Assembly (NCBI GenBank): GCA_964635515.1
Contig: CAZWNU010000001.1
Location: forward strand, 5,068 to 69,067
DNA length: 64,000 bases
Direction: 5' to 3'
DNA from: an uncultured Gammaproteobacteria bacterium
GTDB lineage: Bacteria > Patescibacteriota > Patescibacteriia > Patescibacteriales > JAGXOH01
The notes below the pieces were generated by a model, which did not search any database, was not told the DNA's origin, and saw only the letters and a list, made by a program, of their open reading frames with translations. The first letter of the stretch is position 1. Each line of letters opens with the position of its first letter. The translations under genes and the position numbers were made by a program. Shown here piece by piece: positions 36,782 to 45,318 of the stretch.

Positions 36782-38116
36782 ATGGTTGATATAAAATATA
36801 TTAGAGACAATATAGATAAATTCAAGGAAGAAATCAAAAATAAAAAAATAAAAATAGACCTGGACGAGCTCTTGGATCTTGATCTAAAAAAAAGGAATTT
36901 ACAGACAAAAATAAACGACTTAAGGACCGAAAAAAATAAATTAGCTGAAGCAAAGGAGGGTAAAAGGCCAAGTGAGGAAAAAATTGAAAGAAGTAAAGAA
37001 ATTAAAAACGAATTAGGTTCATTGGAAGAAAATTTGGAAAAAATAGAAAACAAGTTTCAGGATTTAATGGTAAAAATGCCGACCATTTCTTCCAGTGACA
37101 CACCCATAGGAGAAGATGATAGCGATAACCTTCCAATAGAAGAACATGGAGAAAAACCAAAATTTAGCTTTAAACCCAGAGATCATATAGAAATAGGTAA
37201 AAATCTGGATATTATCGATGTTGAAAGAGGGGTTAAGGTAGCCGGATATAGAGGATATTACCTAAAGAATGAAGGTACGATCCTAGCAATGGCCTTAATG
37301 ATGTACTGCTTAGAGAAACTGATCCTAAAGGGGTTTACACCAATACTTCCACCGACCCTGGTTAGAGAGTTTGCCTTATTTGGGAGTGGTTATTTTGCCG
37401 GGAGGAAATTTGATCCAGAAGTAGATGAAATTTATAAAATCGCCAATGAAGAGATCGAGTCCGATGGCAGGAAAAACAAGGAAAATAAATTCCTAATTGG
37501 TACCGCGGAGCCATCTTTACTCTCTTACTACTCAGGAGAAGTTCTGAAAGAAAAAGACCTACCCCTGAAACTGTGTGGGTTTTCTCAATGTTATAGGAGT
37601 GAAATCGGTTCTTATGGAAAGGACACCAAGGGTCTTTACCGAGTTCATGAATTTATGAAAGTAGAACAGGTTTGTATAACTAAAGCCGATATTGAAGAAT
37701 CCGAACAAATGCACAAGCTCCTGGTTGATATAGCTAAAGAAATACATTCCGAACTAAACCTTCCTTTTAGGGTCCTGCAAATCTGCACCGGCGATATGGG
37801 AGCGGGAAAATACAAGATGTTTGACCTGGAAGCCTGGATACCAAGCAGGGAAGGATGGGGTGAAACAGGGTCAGCTTCAAATTTTCTGGATTGGCAGTCC
37901 AGAAGACTAAACGTAAAATACCAAACCGAAACTGGGGAAAAAAAGCATGTTTACATGCTCAACAACACCGCCCTGGCCACAGTCAGGCCACTCATAGCCA
38001 TTTTGGAAAACTTTCAACAAGAGGATGGCAGCGTTGTTATTCCAGAGGTTTTGAGAAAGTATTTTCCTAAAAAACAAGATAAAATCTTGCCTAGAAAAAA
38101 CCCTGATCAAGAATAA
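36782..38116 (+). CDS. serS: Seryl-tRNA synthetase
   Basis: N-terminal coiled-coil and class II core (FSQCYRSE, GxGxxR-like region, TALAT). The ORF track opens at 36719; the first ATG is at 36782. Confidence 0.9.
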   Translation: MVDIKYIRDNIDKFKEEIKNKKIKIDLDELLDLDLKKRNLQTKINDLRTEKNKLAEAKEGKRPSEEKIERSKEIKNELGSLEENLEKIENKFQDLMVKMPTISSSDTPIGEDDSDNLPIEEHGEKPKFSFKPRDHIEIGKNLDIIDVERGVKVAGYRGYYLKNEGTILAMALMMYCLEKLILKGFTPILPPTLVREFALFGSGYFAGRKFDPEVDEIYKIANEEIESDGRKNKENKFLIGTAEPSLLSYYSGEVLKEKDLPLKLCGFSQCYRSEIGSYGKDTKGLYRVHEFMKVEQVCITKADIEESEQMHKLLVDIAKEIHSELNLPFRVLQICTGDMGAGKYKMFDLEAWIPSREGWGETGSASNFLDWQSRRLNVKYQTETGEKKHVYMLNNTALATVRPLIAILENFQQEDGSVVIPEVLRKYFPKKQDKILPRKNPDQE

Positions 38117-38140
38117 ATTACTATTTTTGACTCTCGACTT

Positions 38141-39076
38141 ATGAAATATCCTAAAATAGCCCTACTCAGTGGGGGATTGTCCAAAGAAAGGGAAGTTTCC
38201 TTAAAAAGTGGCAAGAAAATTTATGAAACCCTGAAAAAAAAATATAGGGTATTTCAGTATGATCCTAAAAAAGATATGGAAAAACTTTGGCGAGATGCTT
38301 TATCCAAAAAAATCGACCTGGTTTTTCCGGCCCTTCATGGTTCTTATGGAGAAGATGGTAAACTCCAAGGGTTTTTAGAAACCCTGGGGGTCCCTTATAT
38401 ATTTTCAGGCGTTTTGGCCAGTTCCCTGGCCATGGATAAACACAGATCAAAAATTCTGATTAGTAACAAGGGGATTCCGGTAGCTAAGGATTTGATATTA
38501 AGAAAAAAGAGCGAAGAAAATATCCCAAACCTAGAATTTCCCTTGGTTATCAAGCCTGTAAACTCTGGATCTTCTGTGGGTATAAGTATAACAAAAAACA
38601 AACAGCAGTTGAAAAAGGGGATTGAAGAGGCTTTTTCTCATGATGAGGAGATTATGATAGAGGAATATATTAAAGGCAGGGAATTAACAGTAACTATTTT
38701 AGGGAATGAGGAGCCTCGGGCCTTGCCGGTGCTTGAAATAAAACCTAAGAATTCGGAATGGTTCGACTATGAGTCTAAATACACACCCGGGGCGACTGAA
38801 GAGATCTGTCCAGCCAAAATACCCCAGAAAATCGAAAAAAAGATTCAAGGTTATGCCAAAGAAATCTTTCTTGCCATAGGTTGTCGTGATTTAGCAAGAG
38901 TTGATTTTATCTGGGACCAAAATTCCGGAAAAATATACTTTTTAGAGATCAATACCATTCCCGGAATGACCGGGACTTCATTGGTCCCACAGACGGCTCG
39001 GGCCGACGGCCTGAACTTTGAGAGATTACTAGACAAGCTAATAGAAATGGGAAATTCAAGAAGAAAACATGTTTGA
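38141..39076 (+). CDS. ddl: D-alanine--D-alanine ligase
   Basis: KIALLSGGLSKEREVSLKSG and an ATP-grasp fold (ELTVTIL, EINTIPGMT). Confidence 0.85.
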   Translation: MKYPKIALLSGGLSKEREVSLKSGKKIYETLKKKYRVFQYDPKKDMEKLWRDALSKKIDLVFPALHGSYGEDGKLQGFLETLGVPYIFSGVLASSLAMDKHRSKILISNKGIPVAKDLILRKKSEENIPNLEFPLVIKPVNSGSSVGISITKNKQQLKKGIEEAFSHDEEIMIEEYIKGRELTVTILGNEEPRALPVLEIKPKNSEWFDYESKYTPGATEEICPAKIPQKIEKKIQGYAKEIFLAIGCRDLARVDFIWDQNSGKIYFLEINTIPGMTGTSLVPQTARADGLNFERLLDKLIEMGNSRRKHV

Positions 39077-40277
39077 GAGAACCAAAAACATTAAACTATC
39101 AACCATAAAAGAGATTGAACTTAAAGCAGCTCAATATCCGGATGCTATTTCTTTGGCTCAAGGAATACCTGATTTTGATACTCCTGAATTTATTAAAAGA
39201 AGAGTAGAAAGGGCTCTAAAAAGGGGGGTGGTTGCCAAATACTCATTATCACCGGGCTTGCCGGAGTTAAGGGAATTGATAGAAGAGTCCTTGGCCAAGG
39301 ATAAAATGTATTATGATTGGGAAAAAGAAGTTTTAGTTACTGCCGGTTCAATAGAAGGTATAACAGCCACTATAATGGCCATAACCAACCCAGGAGATGA
39401 AGTAATAATACCCGAGCCTACTTATACTAGTTACAGAGAAGTAATTAACCTGGCTGCTTGCAAACCTATTTTTGTTCCTTTAGATGAAGAGAGGGGATGG
39501 GGTTTTAATATAGAGGAATATAAAAAGGCTATAACAAAAAACACCAAGGCTATTTTTTATTGCAACCCTAACAACCCCACAGGAACCATATACTCTAAGG
39601 AGCAATTAATGGAATTAGCTGATTTAGCCAAAAAAAACAAACTATTCCTAATATCTGATGAGGTCTATAAAGATTTTATTTATGATCAAAAGAGCTTTTT
39701 TTCATTAGCCCAAATCCCGGAATTACGAGATAGGGTTATAAGAATATTCTCCTTCTCCAAGGCCTTTGCCATGACCGGCTGGAGGATTGGCTATCTACAC
39801 AGTGATGAGAAAAACATCAAGGAAATAACCAAAATACATGATAGCCTGGTCACTTGCGCGCCAGTGATCTCTCAATATGCCGCCATGGGAGCTCTGGAGA
39901 TAGAACAGGAGAAAGTTTTAGAATTTTGCCAAAAATACAAACAGAGAAGAGATTTAATTTGTCTAAGATTAGAGAAGTTAAAACATGTTTTTCAGTTTGT
40001 AACACCTGATAGCGCTTACTATATATTTCCAAAAATATCTCTAAAATTAGCAAAAAAAATAGAGAAGGAAAAAAATATTAATTTAACAAAAGAGGGGGGT
40101 GTGGACTCGTGGAAATTCGCTCTATGGCTACTAGAGGAAACACAAGTGGCAACAGTCCCAGGAGTGGCCTTTGGGCCGAACGGTGAGGGCCATATCAGGA
40201 TGAGCTTTGGAAGGAAAGAGGAAGATATTAATCAAGCTTTTGATAGATTGGAAAATCTATTTAATTTTCAATTATGA
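39069..40277 (+). CDS. Class I/II PLP-dependent aminotransferase (aspartate/aromatic aminotransferase-like)
   Basis: SFSKAFAMTGWRIGY carries the Schiff-base Lys; GIPDFDTP; NPNNPTG. Confidence 0.8.
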   Translation: MFERTKNIKLSTIKEIELKAAQYPDAISLAQGIPDFDTPEFIKRRVERALKRGVVAKYSLSPGLPELRELIEESLAKDKMYYDWEKEVLVTAGSIEGITATIMAITNPGDEVIIPEPTYTSYREVINLAACKPIFVPLDEERGWGFNIEEYKKAITKNTKAIFYCNPNNPTGTIYSKEQLMELADLAKKNKLFLISDEVYKDFIYDQKSFFSLAQIPELRDRVIRIFSFSKAFAMTGWRIGYLHSDEKNIKEITKIHDSLVTCAPVISQYAAMGALEIEQEKVLEFCQKYKQRRDLICLRLEKLKHVFQFVTPDSAYYIFPKISLKLAKKIEKEKNINLTKEGGVDSWKFALWLLEETQVATVPGVAFGPNGEGHIRMSFGRKEEDINQAFDRLENLFNFQL

Positions 40278-41029
40278 GAGTTATATTAAAAACACTTCTA
40301 AAAAATTATTTAAAAATAATTACCAAGATGGTACTATTTGTTCACCGTCCCACTGTAATAGCCATAGCCGGAAGTACTAATAAAAACTTTGTTAAACAAG
40401 AAATAAAAAAAATATTGAGAGAATTTAATTTTAGCACCAGGGTTAATCCCAAAAACTTTAATACTGAAATAGGTTTACCTTTGGCCATACTTTACTTGCC
40501 CAGTGGTTATAATGAATACCAAAAGTGGCTTCCTGTTATATTTAAGGCTCCCTTGAAACTATTCCAAAAAAAATTCCCCAAATTCTTAGTCTTAAGCCTG
40601 GGCACTTCGGATGAGGGGGATATGAAGTATTTGCTTTCGATAGTAAAGCCTGACATCTCCATAATTACTGACATCACCCAGAGGTACAAAGAGGGATTTT
40701 CAGATATGAACCGCTTAGTAAACGAATATGAACTACTGGCCCAGAAAACAAAAAAAGGAGGACTTATAATACTTAACTCAGATAATTACAGAGTTAAAGA
40801 AATAGGGAAAAATAAAGAACAAAGAGTATTATACTATGGCTTCAAGGAAGAATCTGATGCAAGAATCGAAAAAACAGAAAAAAACGAAAAAGGCCAGAAG
40901 ATCATACTTAGACACCAAGGAGAAAAAAGAGAAGAACAAATATATAGATTTGGCAAACATCATTCTTATGTGTTAGCTATTGGCCATATAATAAAAAAAG
41001 AGTTGAAAAACAATGCGGAGATCAGATAA
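40274..41029 (+). CDS. Truncated MurF-like Mur-ligase central domain with a degenerate P-loop
   Basis: VIAIAGSTNKNF compared with MurF VVALTGSSGKTS (the P-loop Lys/Thr are lost); NFNTEIGLPLAIL compared with NLNNDIGVPMTLL. The N- and C-terminal Mur ligase domains are absent; 251 aa. Confidence 0.55.
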   Translation: MRVILKTLLKNYLKIITKMVLFVHRPTVIAIAGSTNKNFVKQEIKKILREFNFSTRVNPKNFNTEIGLPLAILYLPSGYNEYQKWLPVIFKAPLKLFQKKFPKFLVLSLGTSDEGDMKYLLSIVKPDISIITDITQRYKEGFSDMNRLVNEYELLAQKTKKGGLIILNSDNYRVKEIGKNKEQRVLYYGFKEESDARIEKTEKNEKGQKIILRHQGEKREEQIYRFGKHHSYVLAIGHIIKKELKNNAEIR

Positions 41030-41864
41030 AAAAAAGATCAAAGATCATTATAAACAGAAAAAGAAAATAAAAAACCCTTTCAAAAAAGAAAAGGTAAAAA
41101 TTAACTGGAAGAAAACCTTGGTTATACTCCTGGTAATATTGATTTTTTCAGCTTTGATTTGGTGGATATTTTTCTCTGGATTTTGGAGTATAAAAAAAAT
41201 TGAAATTAAGGGATTGGAAAGAACTCCTCAAATTGAGGTTGAGGGTCTGGCTTGGGGGCAAATTGAAAACGAGAACAAGCTCTTATCACAAAAAAATTTA
41301 TTCTTTTTAAATAAAGAGGAGTTAATAGAAAAAATGAAAAATAATTTTCGTTTCCCAGAAGTGAACATAAAAAGAAGTATTCCTGACAAAATAACTATCC
41401 GAATTAAAGAAAGTCAGGCTGAGTTCATTTTGATTGAGGGTGAAAAGAAATACAAAATAGACGAGGGTAAATATGTTATAGAAGAAACAGAACATTTGAA
41501 TAAAAACTTGCCCATAATAAGAAATAGCTCTACGGAAAATAAGATTATAGGAGACAGGGTTTATATTGATAATAGTTATACTGATTATATAATTGATCTC
41601 TATAGAATTATAGAAAAAGATTTTGAGAATATAGAAATAGAAAAATTCATACTAGATCATGAAGTGCCGGACATGGAAAGGGTGAAGCAGAATACTATAA
41701 CTATGAAAATTGCTAATGGTCCGATTATATATTTAAATATGGAGGTAGAGGCGCAAGAACAAATGAATAAATTGTTTATATTAAAAAACAAGGAGTTAAA
41801 AGAGAGGTTTATGGACAGTGAATATATAGATCTTAGATATGGAGATAGAATTTTTTATAAATAA
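41013..41864 (+). CDS. FtsQ/DivIB-like cell division protein (POTRA domain)
   Basis: Basic N-terminus, one TM, a POTRA-like region (IKKIEIKGLERTPQIEV), and a position after ddl as in dcw clusters. Confidence 0.6.
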   Translation: MRRSDKKKIKDHYKQKKKIKNPFKKEKVKINWKKTLVILLVILIFSALIWWIFFSGFWSIKKIEIKGLERTPQIEVEGLAWGQIENENKLLSQKNLFFLNKEELIEKMKNNFRFPEVNIKRSIPDKITIRIKESQAEFILIEGEKKYKIDEGKYVIEETEHLNKNLPIIRNSSTENKIIGDRVYIDNSYTDYIIDLYRIIEKDFENIEIEKFILDHEVPDMERVKQNTITMKIANGPIIYLNMEVEAQEQMNKLFILKNKELKERFMDSEYIDLRYGDRIFYK

Positions 41865-41875
41865 CGTACTATATT

Positions 41876-42037
41876 ATGGCAACTAATAAAACAATGGAAA
41901 AACTATTCAAGGCAACATTTTTTTTAGCGGTTTTTGTTTTTTGTTTAGTAGTGATAGGTTTTTTCTTGTTATTACTAAAAATAATCCTATTATTTGTACC
42001 AGAGATTAATATCTTGGGGATTACTATTACCGGCTAA
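41876..42037 (+). CDS. Possible 53-aa hydrophobic peptide (absent from the ORF track)
   Basis: ATG at 41876 and a single long hydrophobic stretch (FFLAVFVFCLVVIGFFLLLLKIILLFV). Confidence 0.2.
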   Translation: MATNKTMEKLFKATFFLAVFVFCLVVIGFFLLLLKIILLFVPEINILGITITG

Positions 42038-42146
42038 CAGTATAATCCTTGCGGGCCTTAAAAATCTATGCTATATTGATAATACGTTAATTAATCTACA
42101 TAACATGAAGTTATAATAATAACCTCCCCCAACAAACAAGGTCTCT

Positions 42147-43112
42147 ATGAATAAAATCAAACCTATAGTAAAATATCAAAAAGACTTCCTGGATTACCTA
42201 GAAATTGAAAAAGGTCTATCCTCTAATACTCAAAAAAATTATTCTAGGTTCTTAAATAAATTTTTTAAATGGTTGCAAGATAATAATTTAGAAAATCTTT
42301 CTCCGGACAAATTATCCACTGACATCATTTCCAAATACAGAATTTTTTTAGCCAGAGGGATCGACCCTCGTACTAAAAAAGGCTTAAAAAGATCTACTCA
42401 AAATCTATATTTGATTTCTCTAAGGTCGCTATTAGAGTTTTTTATTGAAAAAGAAATACCCTCCCTCTCCCCCACTAACATAAAACTTGCAAAGGACAAA
42501 AGTGACAAAGAAGTTAAATTTTTAACCTTAGATCAGCTAAAAAAATTAATGGAAGCACCAAATACTTCTAAAATCACAGGTTTAAGAGATAGGGCGATAT
42601 TAGAAGTAATGTTTTCTACCGGCCTTCGGGTCCAAGAGTTGATTAATTTGAACCGGGATCAGTTTAAAATCAAAGAAAAAACCGAAGAATTGGAGGTTGT
42701 GGTAGTGGGTAAAGGTAATCGAGTTCGCACCGTATACTTTTCAGGCAGGGCCATTAAGTGGTTAAAAAAATATCTGGACGCCAGAAAAGATATGGATGAA
42801 GCTCTTTTTATCAATTATTGGCCGGCTGCTCTCAAGTCAAACGAACCCAGGCGCTTAACTGTTAAAAGTATTGATGATATCGTCAAAAAATATGTAAAAA
42901 TTGCTGGTTTGCCCACCATAGTAACACCTCATACTCTAAGGCATTCCTTCGCCACTGATCTGCTATCCCAAGGTGTGGATCTCAGGTTGGTTCAGGAATT
43001 TTTAGGTCATAGGAATATAGCCACCACCCAAATCTACACTCATGTTACTAAAAAACAATTAAAAGATATCCACAAAAAACTTCATGGGGGTAATAAGCTG
43101 GATGAAAATTAA
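42147..43112 (+). CDS. Tyrosine recombinase XerC/XerD family
   Basis: N-terminal SAM-like core-binding domain; catalytic region HTLRHSFAT...LLGH...TQIYTHV. Confidence 0.85.
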   Translation: MNKIKPIVKYQKDFLDYLEIEKGLSSNTQKNYSRFLNKFFKWLQDNNLENLSPDKLSTDIISKYRIFLARGIDPRTKKGLKRSTQNLYLISLRSLLEFFIEKEIPSLSPTNIKLAKDKSDKEVKFLTLDQLKKLMEAPNTSKITGLRDRAILEVMFSTGLRVQELINLNRDQFKIKEKTEELEVVVVGKGNRVRTVYFSGRAIKWLKKYLDARKDMDEALFINYWPAALKSNEPRRLTVKSIDDIVKKYVKIAGLPTIVTPHTLRHSFATDLLSQGVDLRLVQEFLGHRNIATTQIYTHVTKKQLKDIHKKLHGGNKLDEN

Positions 43113-43201
43113 TAACAAATTTACATAAACAAATAGTTTGATATAATTAATACAAAATATTTGATTAGGCTCTTTCAATTAAACAACAAGGGGGTGACCT
43201 T

Positions 43202-43417
43202 ATGTCAAAAAAAGGAAGATCTGGCACAAAGACAAGTAAAATTATTACTTGGTTAAACACAGAAGAAGGCAGAAAGGCTCTTGAAAGTTGTAGACAAAAC
43301 TCAGACGAAGCTATCAAAAAATTTAAGGCATCTTGTCAAGTTGATTCTTCTATGCTCTATGAGCCCTTTGGCCCATTGGATGGCGACAAAACCTGGTCAC
43401 ACCAACAACAAGTTTAA
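43202..43417 (+). CDS. Small hypothetical protein (71 aa) with an unusually strong Shine-Dalgarno sequence
   Basis: AAGGGGGTGA sits 5 nt upstream of the ATG; the gene has its own hairpin terminator. Confidence 0.4.
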   Translation: MSKKGRSGTKTSKIITWLNTEEGRKALESCRQNSDEAIKKFKASCQVDSSMLYEPFGPLDGDKTWSHQQQV

Positions 43418-43452
43418 GCAATAACTCTGACTTGAGTAATGATTCTGTCTGA

Positions 43453-43486
43453 GCGAGGAAAAGTGTTTTATTTTTCTCGCTTTTTT
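43453..43486 (+). terminator. Intrinsic terminator
   Basis: GCGAGGAAAA-gtgtttta-TTTTTCTCGC followed by TTTTTT. Confidence 0.5.
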
Positions 43487-43508
43487 ATTATAAAAAACCA
43501 AATTCAAA

Positions 43509-43538
43509 TAAAAAAGAGGATCTCTCCCCTCTTTTTTA
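43509..43538. terminator. Bidirectional intrinsic terminator
   Basis: AAAAAAGAGG-atctctcc-CCTCTTTTTT. Confidence 0.45.
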
Positions 43539-43555
43539 TTTTCAACCTTGTTATT

Positions 43556-44788
43556 TTAAGGTAGATAATTCATAGGATTAACAGGAATTCCGTCCTTCCT
43601 GATCTCGAAATGAAGATGAGGGCCTGTGCTCAAGTGACCCGACCCGGCCGTCCCCGGAGTACCTCCGCTTAGAGCTATCTCCTGACCCTGGGTGACGTAC
43701 TGATCAGCTTCCACAAGGGGTTGGGATATATGACCGTAAACAGTGGCTAAACCGTCTCCGTGAATAAGCATTATATAGGCATAATTAGAACTATTAGGAT
43801 TAAATCTAACTTGGCCCACATATCCGGAAGCTGAAGCTCTTATGGTGGTTCCTTGAGCGGCTCTTATATCTATACCAGGATGTTCAAATAAATGACGAAA
43901 GGGGTAATTCGGATCATGATAACCTGCTGTTATGTGCCTACTTGGTACCGGCCAAATAAATTCCTGGTCACCAAAATCCAGCCCCCCCTCTGACTCCTCT
44001 TCCAGTTTGGCCCTTATTGCCGACTCCAGAGAAGCTATTTCATTAGAAACTTGCTGTCTTTGTTGCTTGGCTTTTTCTAAAAGATCCTGGTACTCCTCCT
44101 CTGAATTACTAGTCTCTTCCAGTAAAAACTTTCTCCTTTCCTGACTGGCTATAAGCTCTTCTTTCTGGGCATTCAACTCTTCTTCAAGCTCAACCAATTC
44201 TTTATTCTTCTCGACCAAGGAAGCTCTTTTTTCTTGAAGTTCTTCTCTGTAATTCTCTAGATCTCTAACACCTATTTCGATTTCTTCGTTTATATCTTGT
44301 AAGTATTTTAACTGATTAATAAAATCGGAAAAAGAATCGTTTAAAAGAAGTATTTCCAAAGTATCAGCCTTGTTCTGTTTATATATCAAATTAATTATAT
44401 TTGATATATGGTCCTTTTTCCTCTCTATCTCATCCTCCTTTTCCCTGATCTCGAAATTGGTTCTTCTGGTCTCTAAACTAACCCTACTGATCTGATTCTC
44501 AGTGTTCTTTATCTCCAGCTCCGTCCTGGCGAGTCGGCTGTCTAAGAGGTCAAGTTGGTTTTGGAGGCTGTCTCTTTCCTCTTGAAGCTCCTCTATTCTT
44601 TCCGAATACTTGCTTCTTTGCTCCTGTATCCTTTCCATTTCTTTTTTCTTTGACTCAATCTCCTCATTTAAAAAGTCTAATTCCCTGCTAGATTGAGAGC
44701 TGCTATGACTAACATCTGACAAACCGAAAAATAAAAAAAGAAACAACAAAATTGTTACTAAAGATTTAAATTTCCCTCTCTTTGTCAT
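43556..44788 (-). CDS. M23-family peptidoglycan metalloendopeptidase with a long coiled-coil (EnvC-like)
   Basis: Signal peptide, about 250 aa of coiled-coil, then an M23 domain (HPGIDI, HLHFEIRKDG). The start is set at the internal Met (MTKRG...) and not the track's 44854. Confidence 0.8.
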   Translation of the reverse strand: MTKRGKFKSLVTILLFLFLFFGLSDVSHSSSQSSRELDFLNEEIESKKKEMERIQEQRSKYSERIEELQEERDSLQNQLDLLDSRLARTELEIKNTENQISRVSLETRRTNFEIREKEDEIERKKDHISNIINLIYKQNKADTLEILLLNDSFSDFINQLKYLQDINEEIEIGVRDLENYREELQEKRASLVEKNKELVELEEELNAQKEELIASQERRKFLLEETSNSEEEYQDLLEKAKQQRQQVSNEIASLESAIRAKLEEESEGGLDFGDQEFIWPVPSRHITAGYHDPNYPFRHLFEHPGIDIRAAQGTTIRASASGYVGQVRFNPNSSNYAYIMLIHGDGLATVYGHISQPLVEADQYVTQGQEIALSGGTPGTAGSGHLSTGPHLHFEIRKDGIPVNPMNYLP

Positions 44789-44847
44789 ATTATTACAAGT
44801 CAAATAAAAATTAAATAACTTAAATTCATTATAGCATTTTTGGTATA

Positions 44848-44876
44848 TTGACACAACATGATTTATTTGATATTAT
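44848..44876 (+). promoter_or_regulatory. Sigma-70-like promoter (TTGACA-17-TATTAT) for rpmA
   Basis: TTGACA at 44848-44853 and TATTAT at 44871-44876. Confidence 0.5.
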
Positions 44877-44960
44877 AAATTTATCTAAAAACTTATAATT
44901 CAATTTGATTTTCCTAAAATCCTTAATATTTCTTAAGGATTTTAAAAAATTTATATAAAT

Positions 44961-45242
44961 ATGGCACAGAAAAAAGCTGGTGGTTCTACCGGTAACGTCC
45001 GGGATTCCGCTGGAAAACGACTAGGAGTAAAACTTTTCCAGGGAGAGTTGGCTAATATTGGTTCTATTTTAATTAGACAAAGAGGAACCAAGTATCATCC
45101 TGGAAAAAACGTAGGCAAAGGAAAAGACGACACCTTGTTCGCTTTAAAGAGCGGTGTGGTTAAGTTTACCACAAGAAAGATAAAAAAATTCAATAACCAA
45201 TTAAAAAAGACTAAAATTGTTAATATAGAAGAAAAGAAATAG
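44961..45242 (+). CDS. rpmA: Ribosomal protein L27
   Basis: [24 protein letters not shown]... Confidence 0.9.
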   Translation: MAQKKAGGSTGNVRDSAGKRLGVKLFQGELANIGSILIRQRGTKYHPGKNVGKGKDDTLFALKSGVVKFTTRKIKKFNNQLKKTKIVNIEEKK

Positions 45243-45265
45243 AATACAGACCCCTAGCAAAAAAA

Positions 45266-45297
45266 CAGAAGGACCAATTAATCCTTCTGTTTTTTTA
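45266..45297. terminator. Bidirectional intrinsic terminator between rpmA and pyrG
   Basis: CAGAAGGA-ccaattaa-TCCTTCTG followed by TTTTTTT, with an A-run on the other side. Confidence 0.65.
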
Positions 45298-45318
45298 TTC
45301 TTTTTGAGATTTTGGCTA

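Noticed and set aside
42147-43112. Integrase marking a mobile element or prophage boundary
   Set aside because: The Xer-type recombinase is flanked by housekeeping genes (ftsQ-like, M23 peptidase, rpmA). No flanking direct repeats, tRNA target, phage or transposase genes, or compositional shift are visible.
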